A DNA stretch of 64,000 nt from the NCBI GenBank assembly GCA_018303445.1, contig JAGVYE010000003.1, forward strand, positions 2,366-66,365. The letters are read 5' to 3'. The translations under genes and the position numbers were made by a program. Each line of letters begins with the position of its first letter. Position 1 is the stretch's first letter. Origin of the DNA: Candidatus Woesearchaeota archaeon (lineage in GTDB: Archaea > Nanobdellota > Nanobdellia > Woesearchaeales > GW2011-AR9). A model generated the notes under the pieces. The model was not told the origin of the DNA, ran no database searches, and saw nothing but the letters and a program-made list of their open reading frames with translations. Below are positions 46,713-56,625 of the stretch, piece after piece.

Positions 46713-48229
46713 AGGAGGTTGTGTCTGGCTTTCTGATGATCATAAGTGAGGTTGGAGATTTTTCGAATAAGATCTCCGCGCGACTTAATCCAGGCACCAT
46801 AGTTCGAAGTTCTTGTTTTCTTTTCAACGATCCCAATTAAAGTATAAGCATGACGTCGTCCGTCCCTGCCTCTGGCATAGAGAATACTCATATCTCCACA
46901 TAGTCTTGCCGTGCTTCCTGTTTTGTTGTACACCAATGTTCCAGTGGGAACTCTCTCTGCTCCGGTATAAACTCTATCCCTTCCAGGAAGGGCCATTAAT
47001 CTTCGCATTTCTCTTGCTTGAGGAAGATCATCATTCCATAAAGCGTATAGGAAACGACTGTAGTCATGTGCTGAGGCTTTATTTCTGTAGGTTTGTCCTC
47101 CGCTAGGGATGTATTCTACTATAGATATATCTTTAAAGATATTTCCATAATGTTCAGTTAAAATTCTTTTCATGGCTTGAGGTCCGCCAACTTGCCGCAT
47201 TACCCAGTTTGTGGAAGCATTGTTACTTTTTTGAATCATTTTTTTCATATGCTTTTTAGCTTCTGCGTTGTATTGACGTTTTCCTTGTTGCACTAAATGA
47301 AAATAGGCGAGGGCAGCAAATGGTTTCATCATACTCGCACTCTGTCTTGGAGCGTCTTCGTTTATAGAAACAATTTTCTCTCCGGTTGTAAAGTCATATA
47401 CTGACCAAGAAGTTTGTTCATCAGCAGTGCGATGATTTTGTACATACTTTTCAATTTTTCTTTCCAGACTGTCGGGAGCAACTGGTCTCCTTGGTTCAGA
47501 AAATTTTCTGGGAGGTTTAATGGGAGGTTCTGTTTCGTCTAAGTAACTTGATTCTCCGTATTCAACTTGATTATTATTTTCCAGAATCGTGGAAGGGTTG
47601 AAACCTTTTTCTTGCAGTAATGTTTTATGCCGCTCTGCTATATTTCTCGTTGAATTCTCATCTCCACGTCGTCTCCAGACGAGAGCATATTTTCCATTTA
47701 CTCTTTCAATAACAAGGTTTTTTCCTACTTCTGGACCTAAAGTTCTATAAACTGTTTCGAAACTTCTTTTTAGAGCGTTAACACTTGTTCCTTTCTTATA
47801 TTCTACATTGAACAAGTCATGATAACCTTCATCTTTGATGATGACTGCTCTGTCAAGTTCCGCTTGCTGAAGAAGTTTGTGATGGTGTTGTGCTGTTTTT
47901 TCCGCATCAGTTTTGGACGCATTTCGGTCATAAATAAGACCAAATCTACCGGAAGTTCCTTGGACAATATGAAGTTCTCGTGCTACATCTGGACCTAATA
48001 TTCGAGCTACATCTTCTTGATAATCCAAGACGGCTTCAATATCTGGATGCCAAAGATAGGAGACATCATATTTTTCTGCTTGCGCCTGAGCCGTTGCAGG
48101 ATGGCTTGCGAGTGTTGACAAAAATGCGGCTATGCCAGCACCTAAAGCGGTATCTCTTGCCAACTGTCTTCTCGTTCTGGGACTTTCCTTCCCAATGCTG
48201 AATAATACCTCTTCTAGTAATTGTAACAT
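46709..48229 (-). CDS. Class A beta-lactamase/D-Ala-D-Ala-carboxypeptidase-like serine hydrolase with Tat-type signal and two SPOR-like repeats
   Basis: TRRQLARDTALGAGIAAF (twin-Arg). Repeats ..GRFGLIYDRNASKTDAEKTAQ.. and ..GKYALVWRRRGDENSTRNIAERH... S-x-x-K (SMMK), S-T-N, K-T-G (NKTGS) motifs. Confidence 0.65.
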   Translation of the reverse strand: MLQLLEEVLFSIGKESPRTRRQLARDTALGAGIAAFLSTLASHPATAQAQAEKYDVSYLWHPDIEAVLDYQEDVARILGPDVARELHIVQGTSGRFGLIYDRNASKTDAEKTAQHHHKLLQQAELDRAVIIKDEGYHDLFNVEYKKGTSVNALKRSFETVYRTLGPEVGKNLVIERVNGKYALVWRRRGDENSTRNIAERHKTLLQEKGFNPSTILENNNQVEYGESSYLDETEPPIKPPRKFSEPRRPVAPDSLERKIEKYVQNHRTADEQTSWSVYDFTTGEKIVSINEDAPRQSASMMKPFAALAYFHLVQQGKRQYNAEAKKHMKKMIQKSNNASTNWVMRQVGGPQAMKRILTEHYGNIFKDISIVEYIPSGGQTYRNKASAHDYSRFLYALWNDDLPQAREMRRLMALPGRDRVYTGAERVPTGTLVYNKTGSTARLCGDMSILYARGRDGRRHAYTLIGIVEKKTRTSNYGAWIKSRGDLIRKISNLTYDHQKARHNLL

Positions 48230-48360
48230 TGTAATTCTTAGTTATTCCTCTAGCTTTTTTTCTGGCGTTATGCTTACTCTAGTTGATCGAGTTTCTTGGT
48301 TCTTCAAAAGAGGTTTTTCTTTATAAATCTTTCTGATTTTTAACCACTTACAAATAACAA

Positions 48361-48549
48361 CTAACTCTGCATTCTTCTTCGCCAGCCTTCTTCACTGATA
48401 GAAGTGTCAATACCTATGCCACTGGAAGGATTCACAGAAGTAATTTTAATAGAAAGGCCTTCTTCTACTTTAGCCGTCTCTTGATTTTTGGCAATCATTT
48501 CGCAACAGGCTTTTTTCAAACGTGGTAAATTTAAGTCAGGTTCGATCAT
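48361..48549 (-). CDS. Small hypothetical protein (TusA-like fold?)
   Basis: 62 aa. LNLPRLKKACCEMIAK resembles the TusA L-x-L-x-G-L-x-C-P motif but with CC. Weak. Confidence 0.25.
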   Translation of the reverse strand: MIEPDLNLPRLKKACCEMIAKNQETAKVEEGLSIKITSVNPSSGIGIDTSISEEGWRRRMQS

Positions 48550-48610
48550 AATCGTTTCTTAAATCTTTTTTTCTATTTAAATCTTTCGGTATTTTGTTAC
48601 TAATAAATGG

Positions 48611-50041
48611 TTAATTTTCAATGAACTGGTTATAAAGAGCATTAACTGCGGTGCGGCCTTGCGATTGAGGGATAACATAAATCAAGCATCGTCTTTTTAC
48701 GCCCTTCGACTCAGCAATAATTTCTATTTTATTTTCTGCTAAGGTGCTTAGGATTAGTGCTTCAAGGTGGTGATCACGGGCAATTCCCTTTCCCGCCATG
48801 ACAACTATTCCTAAATTATCCGTAAATTCCACATCTTTTTTTCTTCTTTCGGTATTGGGAGGAATGACGGTGTCAGCCAGCTCTTGTTTAATTTCACTCA
48901 CCTTTGCGGCAATTTGATCTTGTTCAAGAATTACAGAAATGTCGTCAATGCCACAAGGAGGAAATTCGACGGGGATCTCTCTTCTGGCAAATACGTCCAG
49001 CATCTCATGGAGAAGGCCGATTCTTTCATTGACACCTGATTCTTCAATGCTGAAAGCACAGAAACCGGGTTTATAGGCAATGCCAATAATTGGTTTTTGT
49101 GGATCACTTACTCTATCTTCTACTACTCGTGTCCCTTCTTCAGGGTAAGCGTCTGTACTCCTGATGTGTAAAGTGATAGGAGTTCCTTGAAGAGGTAGTA
49201 TGGCTTCTTGTTGTAGAATCTTAAATCCGGAATATGCAAGGTCACGTAATTCTTTTTGTGTCATTTCACGAATTGGTTTAGCCCCCGGCACGAGAGCTGG
49301 ATCAGCGGCCAAAACAGAGTAATCCGAAAAGTTTTCATAGATTTTAGCTCTTACACCAACAGCAACTTCTGATCCGGTTCTGTCCGATCCTCCTTCATTC
49401 AGAAGACCGATGAGGCCTTCTTCTGTGGCTCCATAAAATCCAGGAATAACTTTCTGCTTATAGGGATATTTTTTGGAAAGTGCCAAAAGCAAGTCATACG
49501 TGACAGGAAGCACTCGGGCGTTTCGCAATGATCCACTAACTTTTATGAATTTTGTTGGATCTATAAACTGTGCACTTATGTCTTCTGCGAGAAGAAATCC
49601 TTGCCAGTATTCTCCGGCCGCAAGAAGATTTGCCCAGTAGGCTTCATGATCTTTTATTTCCGAGGTAAAACGGTTACGAAGGTCAGAAGCAACAGTTTTT
49701 TTGGAACCAGGATAAATATTTTCATAGCGTTGGGCAATAGCATCTAGGAGTTGTGCTGCGGCATCAGTGAGTCTTCTCTCCATTCCCGCCAGATCCTTAA
49801 GAAGTTTTGTAACTTTTGGATAGATTACAGGATCGTGATCTTTTTTATATGAACCAGGTGCGGAAACAACAATATATTCCCTTTTCCCGTCATCGTTTAT
49901 GATTCTTTTAACGTGATCAACTTTCTCTCTCGTTGCGAGAGAGGTTCCTCCAAATTTGCAGACGATCGTTTCGCTCATGGGACAGTTAAAGAAAATTAAG
50001 TGAATTTTTTTACCTTCTGCTTGGAGAAACTTGAGGAGCAA
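48611..50041 (-). CDS. Amino-acid kinase family protein, aspartokinase-like with C-terminal regulatory (ACT-like) region
   Basis: N-terminal IVCKFGGTSL...YIVVSAPG. 476 aa. Confidence 0.6.
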   Translation of the reverse strand: MLLKFLQAEGKKIHLIFFNCPMSETIVCKFGGTSLATREKVDHVKRIINDDGKREYIVVSAPGSYKKDHDPVIYPKVTKLLKDLAGMERRLTDAAAQLLDAIAQRYENIYPGSKKTVASDLRNRFTSEIKDHEAYWANLLAAGEYWQGFLLAEDISAQFIDPTKFIKVSGSLRNARVLPVTYDLLLALSKKYPYKQKVIPGFYGATEEGLIGLLNEGGSDRTGSEVAVGVRAKIYENFSDYSVLAADPALVPGAKPIREMTQKELRDLAYSGFKILQQEAILPLQGTPITLHIRSTDAYPEEGTRVVEDRVSDPQKPIIGIAYKPGFCAFSIEESGVNERIGLLHEMLDVFARREIPVEFPPCGIDDISVILEQDQIAAKVSEIKQELADTVIPPNTERRKKDVEFTDNLGIVVMAGKGIARDHHLEALILSTLAENKIEIIAESKGVKRRCLIYVIPQSQGRTAVNALYNQFIEN

Positions 50042-50351
50042 CTTCTGGCGTTGATTTTAGTTCAATATTAATATTACAGGTTGCCCCGTACGTTATCCTG
50101 TCTCCTTCAAATTTGTATCCTTCTAATACTCTCCAAATTCCATTTTCTGGGTCGTATCCACATCTTTGGCTTTGAATGTCATAAATCTTTTTTGGATCCA
50201 AGTTTAATTGATAAAGATCAAATCTTCTTGTCCCTACTTGGATGTTATCAGAAAGAGCCCACTCTTGAAAGTGTCTGGCAGTGTACCCCGCGGCAGCTAT
50301 AACCAGAGCAGCTACTCCTATTCCGCCTCGTTTTATCCGTTGTGAAACCAT
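50010..50351 (-). CDS. Small secreted hypothetical protein
   Basis: N-terminal hydrophobic segment GIGVAALVIAAAGY. 113 aa. Confidence 0.3.
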   Translation of the reverse strand: MVSQRIKRGGIGVAALVIAAAGYTARHFQEWALSDNIQVGTRRFDLYQLNLDPKKIYDIQSQRCGYDPENGIWRVLEGYKFEGDRITYGATCNINIELKSTPEVAPQVSPSRR

Positions 50352-50475
50352 TTTTATAATTCCTCCTATGAACTATTTTTACTTTGTTGTAGTAACTATA
50401 TAAAAATCTTTTGTTTGTATCGGCTTCTATTTCCTTCGCCGTAATCTTTATATAATCCTCTTCTTCAAAATTTTT

Positions 50476-51747
50476 ATGACTTCCTTTTATATCCATACTT
50501 CTGGTTGTTCAGCAAATCAAGCTGATTCAGAGCAGATGGCGGGTTTGCTGCAGCAGGCTCAGTTCGAGTTAGCTTCTTCTATGGATGATGCGCATATCGT
50601 GATTTTTAATACTTGTACTGTTAAATCTCCTTCGGAAATGGATTTTTTTCATACTCTGGAACAATTTAGAAAGCAATATCCTCATAAAATAGTGGTCATA
50701 ACGGGGTGTATACCTCAAGCTGATCCACAAAAACTTAAAGAGTATTCTCTCATTGGCACGAAGCAGATTCACAACATCGTTCAAGTTGTAGAAGAAGCTC
50801 TTCATGATAATGTCTTGCAGATGTTGAATGACGACGAGATGCCGCCTTTAAATCTGCCCAGAGTGCGAAAAAATCCAATCGTTGAGATTCTTCCTATAAA
50901 CAGGGGCTGTTTAGGAGCATGCACGTTCTGCAAGACAAAGAAGGCGCGGGGAAGTTTAGTTTCTTATCCTCTCTCAGAAATAATTCCAGAAGTTACAACG
51001 GCTCTGCGTCAAGGAGTGAAGGAAATTTGGCTGACATCACAAGACACGTTTTGCTATGGTTTTGATATCGGTACGGATTTGCCGACACTTCTTCAACACC
51101 TGGTGGCCTTGCCGGGAGATTTCAAAATTCGTGTGGGAATGGGAAATCCGGATCATATGCTCAAAATTGGTGATCGTTTGATTGAGATGTACAAAAATCC
51201 GAAAATTTTCAAGTTTTCGCATCTTCCCCTGCAAGCGGGACATGATGATGTTTTAGAACATATGAGAAGGCATTATACTGTTAATGACTTTTGCTACACC
51301 GTGCGCAAGTTTCGTAAGGAGATACCAGAACTAAATTTAATGACGGACATTATTGTTGGGTATCCTATTGAAACAGAGGAACATTTCTGGGGAACGTTGG
51401 AAGTAGTGAGAAAAGTAACTCCTGATTCCATTAATATTTCCCGTTTCTGGCCACGACCAGGAACGCCGGCAGCAGAGTTGAATGAGTTGCCGGGAGACGT
51501 TGTTAAGCATCGCTCTCGGGTTCTTACCGATATTTTTCACAATATTTCTCTTTTGCAAAATGAGCGCTGGTTGGGATGGAAGGGGACGATTATAATCGAT
51601 GACCAAGGCATGGAGAAAAATCAATGGATAGGAAGGAATTATGCTTATAAACCAGTCCTTGTAGAAGGAAATTATAAACTAGGAGATATTATTTCTGTCC
51701 AGATAAAGAAGGCACAGAAGTTTGATTTAGTTGGAGAAGTAGTTTAG
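50476..51747 (+). CDS. MiaB-like tRNA methylthiotransferase (archaeal e-MtaB/CDKAL1-type), radical SAM
   Basis: N-terminal MTTase domain (IHTSGCSANQADSE). Radical-SAM CLGACTFC. C-terminal TRAM domain. Confidence 0.8.
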   Translation: MTSFYIHTSGCSANQADSEQMAGLLQQAQFELASSMDDAHIVIFNTCTVKSPSEMDFFHTLEQFRKQYPHKIVVITGCIPQADPQKLKEYSLIGTKQIHNIVQVVEEALHDNVLQMLNDDEMPPLNLPRVRKNPIVEILPINRGCLGACTFCKTKKARGSLVSYPLSEIIPEVTTALRQGVKEIWLTSQDTFCYGFDIGTDLPTLLQHLVALPGDFKIRVGMGNPDHMLKIGDRLIEMYKNPKIFKFSHLPLQAGHDDVLEHMRRHYTVNDFCYTVRKFRKEIPELNLMTDIIVGYPIETEEHFWGTLEVVRKVTPDSINISRFWPRPGTPAAELNELPGDVVKHRSRVLTDIFHNISLLQNERWLGWKGTIIIDDQGMEKNQWIGRNYAYKPVLVEGNYKLGDIISVQIKKAQKFDLVGEVV

Positions 51748-51815
51748 ATTTTTTTTCCTTGATATTTACTATTTAGTAGTAAAATTTTTAAATAAATGGA
51801 TTTATTTCAGGATTC

Positions 51816-52853
51816 ATGAATCATTTAGGTACAAAGATTATGGAAGCCCTTCAAGGGCTCGATAAAGTATATGCTCCGATAAAAGCTGAATTAGGCGCCT
51901 TGGAACATAAAATAACTGCAGGACGCCAGTCTGTGGAAGACTTACAACGTTACGGAGAACTTGACTTTGCCTGTAGGCCTTTTTTAGAAGTAGTTGAAGG
52001 GCTAATATTTGTACAAGAGCTCATGAAAGAAGCGGGTGATAAAGTATTCAACAGAGAACTTGTTTTAGAAGCAGAAAGATATTTAGCTAAAACTTCTGAC
52101 ATTCTCTTACAACACAGCTTCTCACAACCATATGATTCTCATAATGCTGTTTTAACTCTTGAGATTGGGCAAGGAAAAGGCGGTTTAGAAAGAGTTTTAC
52201 GAGATTTGATTGGGGCTTATGATAAATTTACTGCGAGAAAAGGCTTAAGTCTAGATGAGGTTGAAGTCGGTGATAGCTATGACCGAACAATTAGGGTTAT
52301 AGGAAGAAATTCTTATGGCCTCTTCAGAACAGAGCATGGTGTCCATCGTTTTATTTATTATGTTGCAGATGGAAAGAAACAAACAGGGTTCATAACTGTT
52401 ACAGTAGTACCTGAAATAGAAAATCCTGAAATCGTTCTGAATGAAAAGGATCTTAGGTATGAGTTCCTTAAAGCTACAGGGCCTGGCGGTCAACATAATC
52501 ATAAAAATGCGACTGCGGCACGTATTACACATCGTCCTTCGGGCTTATCTGCCATTGCTCGCTCACGTTCCCGTGCACAAAGTATCGCCAGTGCTAAAGC
52601 AGTCTTAACTTCGAGAGTTCAACAATTATCAACTTCTTCTCGAGACGGTCTTCTAGAAAGTTTTCCTCCTCGAATAGATCCAAGCTATGGAAGTTGTCGT
52701 ACACGAACATACGATTTTACAGGTAACTTTATTAGAGATGACCGATCGGAGGTTCTCTCTACAGATATAGATGCTTTTTTCAAAGGAATTATAGATCCTT
52801 TTATTTACGCTGCTCATGGTATTCCTTTTTCCGTAGGTTTGAACAGTTTGTAA
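51816..52853 (+). CDS. Bacterial-type class-I peptide chain release factor homolog (RF-1 domain with GGQ). No PxT/SPF decoding motif
   Basis: EFLKATGPGGQHNHKNATAARITHRPSG matches the bacterial RF1/RF2 GGQ region. RTRTYDFTG matches RNRTYNF. Domain-2 region reads YYVADGKKQTGFITV where RF1 has PAT and RF2 has SPF. Confidence 0.65.
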   Translation: MNHLGTKIMEALQGLDKVYAPIKAELGALEHKITAGRQSVEDLQRYGELDFACRPFLEVVEGLIFVQELMKEAGDKVFNRELVLEAERYLAKTSDILLQHSFSQPYDSHNAVLTLEIGQGKGGLERVLRDLIGAYDKFTARKGLSLDEVEVGDSYDRTIRVIGRNSYGLFRTEHGVHRFIYYVADGKKQTGFITVTVVPEIENPEIVLNEKDLRYEFLKATGPGGQHNHKNATAARITHRPSGLSAIARSRSRAQSIASAKAVLTSRVQQLSTSSRDGLLESFPPRIDPSYGSCRTRTYDFTGNFIRDDRSEVLSTDIDAFFKGIIDPFIYAAHGIPFSVGLNSL

Positions 52854-53090
52854 GACGGATGCTGTTCAAGGAACGAGTGATTTAAGCTGAAGTTCTCATT
52901 TTCTTAGTAAAAAAGAAGAGGGTGAGAGGCAACTATGAACCAACACACCCCCTTCTTTTTGAGAAAATAATCAAAAATCATTCACGGATTGAACAGCATC
53001 TTCTTTTTGGGGTTCTCTTCTAAAACCAGAAGTTTTTTATATCTCACAATTTTATTTCTTTAAAAAAAGTTAGGAATAAAAGGTGAAGAT

Positions 53091-55760
53091 GTGGGAAAAG
53101 TATTTTTACGTTCATTAGAAGGTAAGGAACCTTCATATCATGCTATTTCTGATAAAGAAGTTTTAAGTCTTCTCCATACGCATGAAAAAGGACTCCCAGA
53201 TCATGAAATTGAACAGCGTTTACATGATTTTGGGTTTAATGAATTACAAGCGGAAATTCCCGTAAGTGCGGTGAAAATCCTTTTAGATCAATTCACTTCT
53301 CCTTTAATCTGGATACTTATGGTGGCTTTGGCGATTTCTTTTTTCTTGGGAGAGCACATCGACGCGATTGTTATTCTAATTATCATTATTGTTAATGCTG
53401 GTTTAGGATTTCTTCAGGAATATAAAGCTGAAAAGTCTATCGAAGCGTTACAGAAGTTAGTTTCTCTTAAAGCGACAGTTATTCGCGATGGGAAAGAACA
53501 AAAAATTGACAGTAAACTTCTTGTTCCTGGTGATATTATTTTACTGGAAACGGGGGATAAAGTTCCTGCGGATGGGCGTCTTCTAGAAATTTATAGTATG
53601 CATACTCAAGAAGGGCCGCTTACTGGCGAATCACAACCAGTTACGAAAAAACTGGACCTTTTTCCAGAGAAAACTCCTCTTGCTGATCGGGAAAATATGG
53701 TTTATGCTTCCACTATTATAGCTAGTGGCCGGGGAAAAGCGGTTGTAACCACGACGGGAATGAGAACTCAAGTCGGAAAAATAGCTCGACTCATTCAAGA
53801 GTCACATGAAAAATTAACCCCCTTACAAAAGAAACTGCGTAGTTTAGGGAAATATCTTACCGTTATTGTTGTTATCGTTGCTGTGATTGTCTTTCTCGTT
53901 GGTGTTTTAACTGGACAGAATGCGACGGTGATGTTCTTAACGGCGATTGCCTTAGCGGTGGCGGCAATTCCTGAAGGATTGCCGGCGGTTATCACTATTT
54001 CGTTAGCTTTAGGTGTTCAAGCCATGATTAAAAAAAACGTCCTCATCCGTCGCTTGCCGTCAGTAGAAACTCTGGGCAGTGTGAGTGTTATTTGTACTGA
54101 TAAGACAGGAACACTTACCCATAATCAAATGACAGTAGTCAAAATTTGGGTAAATAATAGTATCTATGAAATTACTGGTTCTGGATACTGCCCTCATGGA
54201 ACTTTTTTAATAAATAAGAAGTTAGTAAATCCTGATCCATTGCAACAAATACTTAAGATTGGGATGCTTTGTAATGATGCCAAATTTCAAGGAAAGGAAG
54301 ATAATAGAGAAGTTATTGGTGATCCTACGGAAGCGGCTCTTATTGTCTCTGCAGAGAAAGCAAGCTTACTTTTATCAGAGATCTTAAAAGTTGAACCGCG
54401 TGTTGATGAAATTCCTTTTTCTTCAGAAAGAAAAATGATGACGACAATACATAAAGCTAAAAAAGGCCCCATTTCCTATACCAAAGGTTCTCCAGATGTC
54501 GTTTTGAAAAACTGTGACCGGATTCTTGTCAACGGACGTATTTTAAGGCTTAATAGGGAGTTTCTGAAAGAAATTGCGAAGCAAAATGAAATTTTTGCTC
54601 AGGAAGCTCTTAGAGTATTAGCGATGGCTTATAGTGATCAAATAGGGAAGAAAGAGGAAGTTGAGAAAAAAATGATTTTTGTCGGTTTACAAGCGATGAT
54701 CGACCCTCCCCGCGATGAAGTAAAAGGAGCGATTGCCAAATGCCACGAAGCGGGAATTCGTGTCATTATGATTACGGGGGATCAAATTACGACAGCAAAG
54801 GCGATAGCGACAGAACTAGGAATAAAAGGAAAAGCAGTACTTGGTGAAGAAATAGAAAAAATAGATTTGGAAAAAGAAATTAATAATATCGGCATTTTTG
54901 CTCGTGTCAATCCTGAACATAAGTTGCAAGTTGTCAAAGTTCTTAAAAAGCAAGAGCATGTCGTCGCTATGACTGGTGATGGAGTAAACGATGCCCCGGC
55001 CTTGAAAAAGGCTGATATTGGCGTTTCAATGGGTATTGCCGGAACAGATGTGGCAAAGGAAGCCTCAGATATGATTCTTACCGATGATAATTTTACTTCT
55101 ATTGTTAATGCCGTTGAGGAAGGGCGGGGAATTTTTGATAATATTCGTAAATTTGTTAATTATCTTTTATCTAGTAATTTAGGGGAAATTACAGCAATCT
55201 TATTAGCCTCGTTGTTTAAGCTGCCACTGCCTCTCACGGCAATCCAGCTGTTATGGGTGAATTTAGTTACTGATGGTCTGCCGGCAACGGCCTTAGGTTT
55301 AGATCCGCATGCGAAAGAGATTATGAAGCGAAAACCGCGCCCGGCCATGGAAAGTATTCTCTCTAAAGAATTGCGGCAGGATATCCTCATCTTTGGAGTA
55401 TTAGTTGGCATTGGAACAATCATCTTGTTCTGGCTTTATCAGGAATCTCCATTAATAAAAGCACAGACGATGGCCTTTACTTCACTTGTTACCTTTGAAA
55501 TCGTACGCTTATACACAATTCGTTCTTCCTATAAGATTGGTATTTTTAGTAACAAATGGCTTGTCCTCGCAGTTATAGTTTCCATTTTACTTCAATTAGC
55601 AACGATTTATACTCCGCTCAATGCCATTTTTAAAACCACCCCTTTAGAGTGGATGGATTGGGGCGTTATTGCTATCGTTTCTATAGTTCTGTTACTGCTT
55701 CATAAACTGTATAGAGTAATTCTTAATTGGGGAAAAAAAGAGGAAGTTCTTAGTAAGTGA
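53091..55760 (+). CDS. P-type cation-transporting ATPase (type IIA, Ca2+-ATPase-like)
   Basis: CTDKTGTLT phosphorylation motif, TGES, MITGD, GDGVNDAPALKKADIG, ~10 TM helices. Confidence 0.9.
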   Translation: MGKVFLRSLEGKEPSYHAISDKEVLSLLHTHEKGLPDHEIEQRLHDFGFNELQAEIPVSAVKILLDQFTSPLIWILMVALAISFFLGEHIDAIVILIIIIVNAGLGFLQEYKAEKSIEALQKLVSLKATVIRDGKEQKIDSKLLVPGDIILLETGDKVPADGRLLEIYSMHTQEGPLTGESQPVTKKLDLFPEKTPLADRENMVYASTIIASGRGKAVVTTTGMRTQVGKIARLIQESHEKLTPLQKKLRSLGKYLTVIVVIVAVIVFLVGVLTGQNATVMFLTAIALAVAAIPEGLPAVITISLALGVQAMIKKNVLIRRLPSVETLGSVSVICTDKTGTLTHNQMTVVKIWVNNSIYEITGSGYCPHGTFLINKKLVNPDPLQQILKIGMLCNDAKFQGKEDNREVIGDPTEAALIVSAEKASLLLSEILKVEPRVDEIPFSSERKMMTTIHKAKKGPISYTKGSPDVVLKNCDRILVNGRILRLNREFLKEIAKQNEIFAQEALRVLAMAYSDQIGKKEEVEKKMIFVGLQAMIDPPRDEVKGAIAKCHEAGIRVIMITGDQITTAKAIATELGIKGKAVLGEEIEKIDLEKEINNIGIFARVNPEHKLQVVKVLKKQEHVVAMTGDGVNDAPALKKADIGVSMGIAGTDVAKEASDMILTDDNFTSIVNAVEEGRGIFDNIRKFVNYLLSSNLGEITAILLASLFKLPLPLTAIQLLWVNLVTDGLPATALGLDPHAKEIMKRKPRPAMESILSKELRQDILIFGVLVGIGTIILFWLYQESPLIKAQTMAFTSLVTFEIVRLYTIRSSYKIGIFSNKWLVLAVIVSILLQLATIYTPLNAIFKTTPLEWMDWGVIAIVSIVLLLLHKLYRVILNWGKKEEVLSK

Positions 55761-55764
55761 TGAT

Positions 55765-55832
55765 CTTGTCAGCTTTATTTCATACTTCAAGTAGTCTCCG
55801 CAGTTGGTGCTCCCAACACTTTTCAATAACGC
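55765..55832 (+). repeat. 68-bp conserved intergenic element, copy B (see 3722..3789). Ends 47 nt upstream of the FKBP start codon
   Basis: cttgtcagctttatttcatacttcaagtagtctccgcagttggtgctcccaacacttttcaataacgc. Confidence 0.6.
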
Positions 55833-55878
55833 TTCGCAAAGAAAAGGCTTATAAAGTTTCCTAAAAAATCGAGCTTCT

Positions 55879-56559
55879 ATGGGAGAAATAGTGTATCATC
55901 ACGATTTTATTGAAATAGATTATACTGGAAAACTCTTAGATGGTATGGTATTTGACACTACTGATGAGAGTATCGCAAAAAAAAATAATCTTCATTCAGA
56001 AAAAGCAGTATATACGCCTTCCGCGATCTGTGTAGGAGAAAAACAAATTCTTCCTGGTTTGGATGAGCAGCTCGAAGGGAAAGAAATTGGAAAGCATTAT
56101 ACCGTTAAGTTACAGTCTGAAAAAGCTTTTGGCAAACGAGACATAAAAAAGATGCGTATCGTGTCCATGAGTACATTTAAAGAACATGATGTCCAACCTC
56201 AGTCGGGGTTACAAATTGATGTGGATGGAGAATTGGGAATTATTGCTCGAATTTCTGGAGGGCGGATCATTGTTAACTTTAATCACCCTCTTGCCGGGAA
56301 AGAAGTGACCTATGAATTTGTCATGAGAAGGAAAATTACAGAGACGGCAGAAAAAATAACGGCTTTCTTCCATACTTTGTTCAAAATTCCTCAAGAACAA
56401 ATTACGGTTGAAATTAAAGAAGGCCAGGCGGCGGTAAAAATACCAGTAGCTTTTCCTCATGAAATTGCTGAAGCAATTGGAAAAAAAGTCACAGAATTAG
56501 TGACAGAGGTGAAAAGCATCGAGATAAAAGCAGCCAAAGAAGAAAAAACTTCTTCATGA
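55879..56559 (+). CDS. FKBP-type peptidyl-prolyl cis-trans isomerase (archaeal long FKBP/SlyD-like with IF insert)
   Basis: DFIEIDYTGKLLDGMVFDTT, GLDEQLEGKEIG, NHPLAGKEVTYEF are FKBP-fold signatures. Confidence 0.8.
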   Translation: MGEIVYHHDFIEIDYTGKLLDGMVFDTTDESIAKKNNLHSEKAVYTPSAICVGEKQILPGLDEQLEGKEIGKHYTVKLQSEKAFGKRDIKKMRIVSMSTFKEHDVQPQSGLQIDVDGELGIIARISGGRIIVNFNHPLAGKEVTYEFVMRRKITETAEKITAFFHTLFKIPQEQITVEIKEGQAAVKIPVAFPHEIAEAIGKKVTELVTEVKSIEIKAAKEEKTSS

Positions 56560-56625
56560 TCACCACTGTTAGAGTTCAATAATCTTTATATATCCAATCT
56601 TCCCATCCCTTCTTAATAAAAAGGG

